Source of the DNA: Eledone cirrhosa
Lineage: Eukaryota
Assembly (NCBI GenBank): GCA_964016885.1
Contig: OZ024740.1
Coordinates: forward strand, 1,550,001-1,614,000
Length of the DNA: 64,000 nt
Direction of reading: 5' to 3'
The notes under the pieces were generated by a model that saw only the letters and a program-made list of their open reading frames with translations, had not been told where the DNA came from and made no database searches. The stretch's first letter is position 1, and every line of letters starts with the position of its first letter. A program made the translations under genes and the position numbers. Shown here in pieces: positions 48,709 to 57,846 of the stretch.

Positions 48709-50662
48709 GGCACATGGCTTAGTGGTTTGAACATTTGACTTTCAATCTGGTGGTGGTGAGTTCGAATCCTGGACTGGGCTGTGTATTGTGTCCTTGTGAC
48801 ACTTTATTTCACGTTGCTCTAGTTGACTCAGCTGTAGAAATGAGTTTTAACATTGTTGGCGTCAAGCTGTATTGGCCATCGCCTTTACCTTGGCAACATC
48901 GGTGGTGGGGAGAGGGGGGAGTCTGGTATGTATGGGTGACTGGTGGTGTGGAGAGGGGGGAGACTGGTATGTATGGGTGACTGGTGGTGGGGAGAGGGGG
49001 GAGTCTGGTATGTATGGGTGACTGGTGGTGGGGAGAGGGGGAAGACTGGTATGTATGGGTGATTGGTGGTGTGGAGAGGGGGGAGACTGGTATGTATGGG
49101 TGACTGGTGGTGGGGAGAGGGGGGAGTCTGGTATGTATGGGTGACTGGTGGTGGGGAGAGGGGGGAGTCTGGTATGTATGGGTGACTGGTGGTGGGGAGA
49201 GGGGGAAGACTGGTATGTATGGGTGACTGGTGGTGGGGAGAAGGGGGAGACTGGTATGTATGGGTGACTGGTGGTGTGGAGAGGGGGGAGTCTGGTATGT
49301 ATGGGTGACTGGTGGTGGGGAGAGGGGGGAGTCTGGTATGTATGGGTGACTGGTGGTGGGGAGAGGGGGGAGTCTGGTATGTATGGGTGACTGGTGGTGG
49401 GGAGAGGGGGAAGACTGGTATGTATGGGTGACTGGTGGTGGGGAGAAGGGGGAAGACTGGTATGTATGGGTGACTGGTGGTGGGGAGAAGGGGGAGACTG
49501 GTATGTATGGGTGACTGGTGGTGGGGAGAAGGGGGAGACTGGTATGTATGGGTGACTGGTGGTGTGGAGAGGGGGGAGTCTGGTATGTATGGGTGACTGG
49601 TGGTGTGGAGAGGGGGGAGTCTGGTATGTATGGGTGACTGGTGGTGGGGAGAGGGGGGAGTCTGGTATGTATGGGTGACTGGTGGTGGGGAGAGGGGGGA
49701 GTCTGGTATGTATGGGTGACTGGTGGTGGGGAGAGGGGGAAGACTGGTATGTATGGGTGACTGGTGGTGGGGAGAAGGGGGAGACTGGTATGTATGGGTG
49801 ACTGGTGGTGGGGAGAAGGGGGAGACTGGTATGTATGGGTGACTGGTGGTGGGGAGAAGGGGGAGACTGGTATGTATGGGTGACTGGTGGTGGGGAGAGG
49901 GGGGAGACTGGTATGTATGGGTGACTGGTGGTGGGGAGAGGGGGGTGACTGGTGGTGTGGAGAGGGGGGAGACTGGTATGTATGGGTGACTGGTGGTGGG
50001 GAGAGGGGGGAGACTCGTATGTATGGGTGATTGGTGGTGGGGAGAGGAGGGGAGACTGGTATGTATGGGTGACAGGTGGTGGGGAGAGGGGGGAGGCTGG
50101 TATGTATGGGTGACTGGTGGTGGGGAGAGGGGGGAGACTGGTATGTATGGGTGACTGGTGGTGGGGAGAGGGGGAGGCTGGTATGTATGGGTGACTGGTG
50201 GTGGGGAGAGGGGGAGACTGGTATGTATGGGTGACTGGTGGTGTGGAGAGGGGGGAGACTGGTATGTATGGGTGACTGGTGGTGGGGAGAGGGGGGCAGA
50301 CTGGTATGTATGGGTGACTGGTGGTGGGGAGAGGGGGGAGACTGGTATGTATGGGTGACTGGTGGTGGGGAGAGGGGGGAGACTGGTATGTATGGGTGAT
50401 TGGTGGTGGGGAGAGGGGCGAGACTGGTATGTATGGGTGACTGGTGGTGGGGAGAGGGGGGAGACTGGTATGTATGGGTGACTGGTGGTGTGGAGAGGGG
50501 GGAGACTGGTATGTATGGGTGACTGGTGGTGGGGAGAGGGGGGAGACTGGTATGTATGGGTGACTGGTGGCCTTCCACAAACAACCTTGCCCAAATTTGT
50601 ACCTCAAAAGTGGAACAGTCTAAGTGCAAACCCCTTGGTTATTCATGACCAAAGGGCATCTT
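48709..50662 (+). mobile_element. tRNA-derived SINE split by an internal 41-bp minisatellite
   Basis: A-box TGGCTTAGTGG and B-box GAGTTCGAATCC. The body CACTTTATTTCACGTTGCTC is shared with 62803-62918. The SINE 3' part resumes at ~50570 (CTTCCACAAACAACCTTGCCC...CATGACCAAAGGG). Confidence 0.85.
48901..50570. repeat. 41-bp G-rich minisatellite (~40 copies)
   Basis: Unit GACTGGTATGTATGGGTGACTGGTGGTGGGGAGAGGGGGGA. Confidence 0.96.
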
Positions 50663-51025
50663 TTTAGATAGAAAGTATACCACTTGGTGTGTCCAAAATG
50701 TACAGGCAGAGCCAGATTTAATGGGGGGAAAAGGGGCTTTTGCCCCAAACCCCTGTAGTGGGGGTGGGGGATCATAGCCATAGCAAATTATTTGTGCCCT
50801 CAGCTGGGCTTTTTAGTTTTAAGATGGTTTGAATTTCTGAATTCAATACCTGTATGTATAACTTTTCAATTCCAATTACTTGTGCCAAACTACCTTTGAT
50901 ATGTAAAATTAGGGAGGGGGGGGTGTATTCTTTTTTTTTGTGTATGAGGGGGGCCCCAAGGTATACAGGTATGTCTTTTACATTCGATCCCTTGTGATAT
51001 TATAATGTCTTTGAAATATTTTCAG

Positions 51026-51200
51026 GTACTTCTGATGATTATATGTCTGTGATGGGAGATCCAATGAACGTTAGCTTCAATCAGTTACCAAGTGTTCCTT
51101 CAAATTACACAACTAACAGCCAGGCTGTCCTTGAATCTTTGAAGAACTCTCTACCAAACAAAGACAACAACGACACTGAACAATATATATATAAATACAG
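51026..51200 (+). CDS. OSBPL1A: OSBPL1A/ORP1L-like exon (phase 1 to 2): (G)TSDDYMSVMGDPMNVSFNQLPSVPSNYTTNSQAVLESLKNSLPNKDNNDTEQYIYKY(R)
   Basis: TTTTCAG acceptor and CAG|GTAAGT donor. Open frame in phase with 31219. It ends at the Arg expected just before the ORD start (R-T-x-L-P). Confidence 0.8.
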
Positions 51201-51627
51201 GTAAGTGTTGACTCCTCTCACTTGCCTCAATATCATCATCATCATCATTGATTAACATCTATCTTCCACGCTAGCATGGGTTAGACGAGTTTGTCCCATT
51301 TAGAGGCAAATTAGGTCAGGTGATTGTATTTCGCTCATATAGAAGTGCATCTTTTTCTTTGACTGATTTTGAAATAATTGAAAACTAAAATGGTTACTTC
51401 TATATGATTTTGCTCTTAGCACAGCTGTTGTTGTTGTAAAGCTGTTTATTGAACAGAACCAAAATGACGTATTATGGTGTAACAGCCTGGATATAGTGAT
51501 ATCATCATTGATATAAATGATCTGATTGATCATAGTTAGTTGACGGCAGTAACAGACACCCACAATTTCCCTCCACACTTTGTAGCTTTAATAATCAGTT
51601 GTGCCCCTGATCATTGGTGGGGTTTAA

Positions 51628-51846
51628 CCCTTTAGCATTTACATTACTCTATATATATACTAATGTATTTTTGTGGTAAAAGCTTTATCTTACACAGTTA
51701 TCTCAAATGATATCAAATCTATGAGATTTTGATATTTATTTTGAGAACAATACCTTAACATCAGTATGAGTGGCCAGTTATTGCTGGTTTGAACAGAAAA
51801 GGTGAGATAATTCTGGCTGGATATGGCCGGTTTAAATGCTAAAGGG
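51628..51846. mobile_element. Intact 219-bp piggyBac-type MITE, opposite orientation to the 22021-29884 copy
   Basis: TTAA|CCCTTTAGCATTTA ... TAAATGCTAAAGGG|TTAA. It contains a single diverged copy of the 72-bp array unit. Confidence 0.92.
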
Positions 51847-51999
51847 TTAAATCCCAAGGCAAAATTTGAACTCAAAACTCAGTCACGGAACAGATACTGT
51901 GTGAGATCTCTTCTGACACTCTTAATCCAGCAGGGAAAGCTGGTATTAAAACGACTGTGAATGATATAATATATATACCTTCTCTATTTAATATCTTGA

Positions 52000-52450
52000 A
52001 CATCTCAGGCTGGATTTCATTGTCCCTAACAGCCATTTGGATTTCATTGTGATTTCATTGTCCCTAACAGCCATTTGAGCTCTTTAACTGCTCTTGTGAC
52101 CTCAGCTCCTGAGAGACTAGTCACTGCTCCCAGATGCACCTTGTTGTCATCAGGTTTAGGAGATCAGCCATATTTTCTCTCTACCTTCCACCTAAACCCC
52201 AAAGTCTTCCTATGTCTTTCAACTCCTTTACTGTCTCTGCTGTGATTCTTCACGCCTGCTTGTACCGCAAGTGCAAGAAGGAGGACTTATTTCCAAGCCA
52301 AGCTTTGTAAGCCCCCTTCTTTGCTTGGATGGCATCTTTGACCTCTTGCACCACCCACAGAGATCTTTGGGGTCGTGAGATACACAATCTTTGTGTGCCC
52401 ATCCTATGCTAGTTTTTGCGGCATGGAATGAAGACTACAATATTTCAAAC
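52000..52450 (-). mobile_element. Old RTE-like LINE fragment (linker between APE and RT)
   Basis: Minus-strand frame QEVKDAIQAKKGAYKAWLGNK...YKQA*R, similar to 'KVEGSIKAKKQAWKAW' in the RTE ORF at 58607-60400. Boundaries are approximate. Confidence 0.55.
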
Positions 52451-52787
52451 AGGTCCCTATACCTAAGCCACATTCTCCCTCAGACCAGTGGTCCCTATAC
52501 CTAAGCCACATTCTCCCTCAGACCAGTTTATTGCTATGATAAATTCAACCAAAGCACTACCAAGACCAATTACCTATTTCTTCACACCCTACAAATATTA
52601 CTACACTCTGTAAAGGCTTGCTGAATGCAAAAGACACAACCACTTGGCATCATGGTCGGGATTTTACATATCTCTATAGCCACTCTGCATCTCTCCATGC
52701 ATTGAGTACTCCCATGATTAGTGGTCTCCCTGGTCTCAGCACTGCAGACTGTCTCTCTATCTCTCTCTCTCTATATATATATATATA

Positions 52788-53089
52788 CGCTTCTGTGTCT
52801 TTTATATCGGTTAATTTAATTTATTCGGTCCTCAATGTTGCCATTGACTGACCAACGGTAAAAAATACAGATACAATATAGACACAAACACATATATATA
52901 GTCTAACAAAGTTCTTTCGTTACACATCTGCAACATCGTCAGTGGTGCTATTGTCTACGCCATCTTTTAGATAGACTATATATATGTGTTTGTGTCTATA
53001 TTGTATCTGTATTTTTGACCGTTGGTCAGTCAATGGCAACATTGAGGACCGAATAAATTAAATTAACCGATATAAAAGACACAGAAGCG
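52788..53089. repeat. 118-bp near-perfect inverted repeat with a 66-bp spacer; likely a Penelope-like inverted pLTR structure
   Basis: Arms 52788-52905 and 52972-53089 with one mismatch seen. The spacer has CTGACGA-stem-GAAA on the minus strand. It lies within a TA/CT microsatellite. Confidence 0.85.
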
Positions 53090-53288
53090 AAAAGCGAAAA
53101 TCAACCAAACAGTGAGTGTGTTCTGTTATATATATACGTATATATGTATATATAGAGAGAGAGAAAGAGAGAGGTAAAATCCAGACTGTGATATCAAGCG
53201 GTTTCGGTTATCTCTATACCCACTCTACATCTCTGCATGCATTGAGTACTTCCTTGATTAGTGGTCTCCCCTAACTCATCAGCATTGT

Positions 53289-53322
<34 letters not shown>

Positions 53323-53327
<5 letters not shown>

Positions 53328-53839
53328 TGGTCGTTTTGGAAGCCTCAACAATGCAGATGGGTAAATCTCCGGGTAACAGAATCCGGTGGTGAAGAGAGAG
53401 ATGTAAGAGGAAATGTAGAAAGAGACGTATAGGGTGTAGAGGAATGCAGGAAAGAGCGTAAAAATAATAACACGAGATAGAGTTACCTTGGGAGAGATTT
53501 AATTGTCCCTATATTTCGGATTTCGCATCCATCAACTGGGGGGTTTTCCAAGGGGGAAAGTTATCTGTCGGAGAGGAATGGTACGTGGCCTTTGTTGTCC
53601 GCCGTTTGTGTGTAACTGAAATATTCTGTAGAGCGCACGTGTGCGGAATAGGTGCGGTCAAGCAAAGGTCGAGGCAGCTCCTCTTTATTGTGGGAGTGGG
53701 ATGGTGTTAGCTGTCAATCCATTATACTACCTATATTCAGTCTTTGTTACTGGCAGTGTAGTAGTGTGTCTGGTCGCTTGTTGGTCGGTGGATGGTGGGG
53801 GCACTATACACACAATAACAATCGTTCGAATGCCACTGT

Positions 53840-53881
<42 letters not shown>

Positions 53882-53985
53882 TGTTGTCTCGTTTGTTTAC
53901 ACCAGCCACCTCGGATCGGTTATTTATTTGTGGTCCTAGGCGTTTGATCCAAAGTGCTTCCTTGATTCGTAACGTGCCAAATATA
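53323..53985 (-). mobile_element. Penelope-like element 3' fragment (GIY-YIG C-terminus plus pLTR)
   Basis: LRIKEALWIKRLGPQIN matches the PLE GIY-YIG C-terminal 'LxIKEALxIxxxxPxLN' pattern. Flanked by (TA)n. Confidence 0.7.
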
Positions 53986-53989
53986 TATA

Positions 53990-54430
53990 TATCATCATCA
54001 CTGTTTAGCGTCCATTTCTCCATGCTTGCATGTGTTAGACACGTCGTCCACACTGGGATGCGAGTCTGGCCATAGTTAGCCACGTCGTACCTTGTCCGGT
54101 GAGGACTGTAAATTTGGCTGGGTATTTTACAGCTGGATGCCCTTCCTAACACCAACCACATCTACATCCTGACTCCCCATGGATACAAGCCGAAGCTGAA
54201 GCATATAGACAATATGACCCCACCCCCTCCCACTGCAAAATAGGCGCCATGGAAAAAAAAGCACCCAGCCCACACTGGAAATGAGGTTGGTGTTAGGAAG
54301 GGCATCCAGCTGTAGAAATCAAGCTAGAATCAGTTCCCGTATGAGCAAGACAAGGTCACCCGACCTGGCACTGCCCACAACAGGACAAGCCATGCTAGCG
54401 TGGAAGAATGGACATAAAACGGTGATGATA
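53990..54430. mobile_element. Two RTE-tailed SINE/LINE 3' fragments in opposite orientation (53990-54160 minus, ~54265-54430 plus)
   Basis: GCTGGATGCCCTTCCTAACACCAACC and its reverse complement; ATC/GAT tails. Confidence 0.7.
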
Positions 54431-54564
54431 TATATATATATATATATGTATATGTATATATATATATCGTAAGCCTCTTCATGTGAACCTAATGTTATGA
54501 GTTCACTGAACTCATAACATTAAGTTCACATGAAAATATGTCACTTTCTTAACACCAATTATTA

Positions 54565-54625
54565 TATTTTATCTGACGAAAGCGTACTTAAATATTTGTA
54601 CCTTTGAAATAGGTATAATAAAATA
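54565..54625 (+). ncRNA. Type I (minimal, Penelope-type) hammerhead ribozyme motif
   Basis: Helix I TATTTTAT/ATAAAATA, core CTGACGA, stem II AAGcGTAC/GTACcTTT, GAAA, short stem III. AUA cleavage triplet at 54615-54617. Confidence 0.7.
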
Positions 54626-54923
54626 AATATGGTTTTATAAATATATTTTCCATTTATTAATATTATTGATATTAATGATACTCCAGATAAACTATAGAGT
54701 GCTTCTAATCTGTTGTAAAATTAACTTTCTTGAATAATCACCAAACCAAATAACTCATTGTTTATATATATATATATATATATCAATATCACTGTTTAAT
54801 GTCAATTTTCCACGCTAGCATGGGTTATATATATATATATATATATATATATCCAGGAAGCTCCAACCGTTAAGGTTGTCTTTTTTTCCGGGTATGTCAA
54901 TATTTATTTATAAAACAAATCTG

Positions 54924-54989
54924 TATTTTATCTGATGAAAGCGCACCATAATTTGCCTTGGTTGCCCTTGAAATATGTATAATAAAATA
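54924..54989 (+). ncRNA. Type I hammerhead ribozyme motif (second diverged copy)
   Basis: Helix I TATTTTAT/ATAAAATA, core CTGATGA, stem II AAGcGCA/TGCcCTT, GAAA. AUA at 54979-54981. Confidence 0.7.
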
Positions 54990-55537
54990 AATATGGTTTT
55001 ATAAATATAGTTTCCATTTATTAATATATTTTATATATATATATTTTTCTCTCAACATCATCTCGTGTTTGTTTATAAACAGTTATTCTAAGACTCGTCA
55101 ATTATTGCCACTCCTGGTAGCATCTAATTAATCTGATTTCTTTGTTGATTAGATTAACTTCCAACTATAGTTTCATCAATTCTGTTTTAATATCAATACA
55201 AATATCTGCCCCTACCCTCCACACTAAACAATCTCATTAGTGTCTCTCTCTGGTGTCAACTAATGTTTGTTAAGGTCCATATTGTCATTAACAAGCAGAT
55301 ATGTTAAACAACTCTGCTAGAAGGAGGAAACTGGTTTAGAAAAAAACATATTTCAATACTTAATTACCTTAAGATATCCTACTTCATTAACAAAACACTA
55401 ATCACTTAATTAGTCTCACTTTTAATGAGAGATTTTGTTTCTATTTTTGAAAATAATTGATTCTAATTTTTTTCTTTTTCTTATTTTTATTTGTTTCATT
55501 TGATTCCTTGACTGATCAATTGTTTGTTTATTTTATC

Positions 55538-55740
55538 TTAAATGGGTTGAATAGGTTTACAAAGATTTGTTCAGTATTAAATGGGTTGAATAGGTTTACA
55601 AAGATTTGTTCAGCGTTAAATGGGTTGAATAGGTTTACAAAGATTTGTTTAGTGTTAAATGGGTTGAATAGGTTTACAAAGATTTCTTTAGTGTTAAATG
55701 GGTTGAATAGGTTTACAAAGATTTGTTTAGTGTTAAATGG
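55538..55740. repeat. 39-bp tandem repeat, ~5 copies
   Basis: Unit TTAAATGGGTTGAATAGGTTTACAAAGATTTGTTYAGYR. Confidence 0.93.
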
Positions 55741-55927
55741 AATCGACTGGCAACAATTTAAACAGAATATCTTTTTAAAAAATATGTGAAATGTATGCTG
55801 CTTAGTGTGTGTGTGTATGTGTGTGTGTGTACTAGCCAACTAAATTCCATATGACATATAATACTAGTATGTCTGTTGTTATTTTTCTACCTAGAACTCT
55901 ACAACACAACACTCACATCTATCTATG

Positions 55928-55958
<31 letters not shown>

Positions 55959-56270
55959 CATCACACTTTACAGTGAGTACTGGGTGTTTTTTATCATGAC
56001 ACCTACATGACCACTTCACAGTATGGGCTGTGGTGTTGGGATTGGAGAGGTAGATCTAGGGACATGGGTGAGGGGTGTTAGGGTGTGTATGGAGGGGAAG
56101 GTGGTGCATACTAGATATATGCTTCAACCGGTGCACAAGTAGCTGAAGTGTACGATGAAGTTAAATCTGTATGCAGTGTATAACAGAGACTGCACCAATG
56201 TTACTATAAATATATACATATTTAATATGTAGACACATAAACATGTATGTGTGTATTTCTATGTATGTAT

Positions 56271-56876
56271 GTCAGGTCACCAGTTGGTGCTACTGGTAAC
56301 ATGTATCCCAGTACAACCTGTCTCATGGTCGGGTCGTTGGTGACTAAACTGGCAACCCCACCAAGGTTTCTTGGTGAGGAGGGTGACTTTGGACATTCTG
56401 CAGGACTAGAAACAAAACCTGTCAAAGGGCAAAGGAGCTCTTAAGAGTCAATGGCCATCCAAAATCACAGGAAGAGATGACCCCTTAGCCTTTGTCAAAG
56501 CAGAATTCTAGGAGAAGGAAAACTCTGATATAACACCTGCAACCCTGATTGTATCCAATGATGTTGATTTGTTCTTTTTGGTAAATATCATCTTGGTTAA
56601 GAGAGTGGGACTGGCTTTGTGCAGTGCCTTTGCTCACTATAAAAGCTTCACGGCACAGGCATTGCTTTATATCTGGAGATCTCCCTGCACTTGTCGTCAC
56701 ATGATACCATGGGCCCAGCACTATGTGTCAATAATTGTCACAAGTGTAGTGTTTGTACCAGAGTTTTCAGGTCACTGGCTGGACTAAAAAGTCACACTCG
56801 TTCAGCGCATCGGTAGGGGTTCTCCTACATGGATATAAGGTAGTGGCCGTACTCGAAAACGAGTTGGCAGCCACCA
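56271..56876 (+). mobile_element. Short non-autonomous LINE-derived (RTE-like, bipartite) retroelement
   Basis: The 3' part encodes a C2H2-type tail HKCSVCTRVFRSLAGLKSHTRSAHR*. Further copies at 56917-57332, ~57524-57560 (tail) and 63964-64000, mostly in or next to (TA)n. Confidence 0.65.
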
Positions 56877-56916
56877 TATGTATATATATATGTATGTATA
56901 TATGTATGTATATATA

Positions 56917-57332
56917 TCATTGGATACCATCAGGGTTGCAGGTGTTATATCAGAGTTTTCCTTCTCCTAGAATTCTGCCTTGACAAAGGCTAAGGGGTCA
57001 TCTCTCCCAGTGATTTTGGATGGCCATTGACTCTTAAGAGCTCCTTTGCCCTTTGACAAATATCATCTTGGTAAATATCATCTTGGTTAAGAGAGTGGGA
57101 CTGGCTTTGTGCAGTGCCTTTGCTTTATATCTGGAGATCTCTCTGCACTTGTCGTCACATGGTGCCATGGGCCCAGCACTATGTGTCAATAATTGTCACA
57201 AGTGTAGTGTTTGTACCAGAGTTTTCAGGTCGCTGGCTGGACTAAAAAGTCACTCGTTCAGCGCATCGGTAGGGCTTCTCCTACATGGATATAACGTAAT
57301 GGCCATACTCGAAGACGAGTTGGCAGTCACCA
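56917..57332 (+). mobile_element. Second copy of the same element with a 5' inversion
   Basis: 56917-57058 is the reverse complement of 56420-56561; 57059-57332 is a direct copy of ~56578-56876. Confidence 0.8.
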
Positions 57333-57342
57333 TGTATATATA

Positions 57343-57375
<33 letters not shown>

Positions 57376-57623
57376 ATATATATATATGTATGTATATATG
57401 TATGTATATGTATTGACTTGTGTGATTGTAAATGGGGAGAGTATGTATATATGTATGTATATATTTTTTATTTAATTTTATTTAATTAATCCATTTCTTT
57501 ATTTATTATTTTTTTTTTCATGCAATGACCATACTCGATAACGAGGAGGCAGCCATCATCATGTATATATATATATGTATGTATATATGTATGTATGTAT
57601 ATGTATATATATATAAATGTATG

Positions 57624-57668
<45 letters not shown>

Positions 57669-57691
57669 TTATATATATATATATATATATG

Positions 57692-57722
<31 letters not shown>

Positions 57723-57752
57723 TTGGATTTTAGTCTTGAAATTTATTATTAT

Positions 57753-57808
<56 letters not shown>

Positions 57809-57846
57809 ATGTATGTATATATATATATACGTATGTATGTGTATAT

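Noticed and set aside
48709-48790. tRNA gene (also 62803-62875, 30318-30390, 22250-22323)
   Set aside because: A and B boxes are present but the cloverleaf does not close and the sequence continues into SINE or other repeat sequence.
48809-50629. Three overlapping ~600-aa extensin-like Pro/His/Ser ORFs
   Set aside because: All three minus frames are open because the 41-bp unit has no stop on that strand; the array sits inside a SINE.
52452-52527. 38-bp perfect tandem duplication
   Set aside because: An isolated two-copy slippage event with no further structure.
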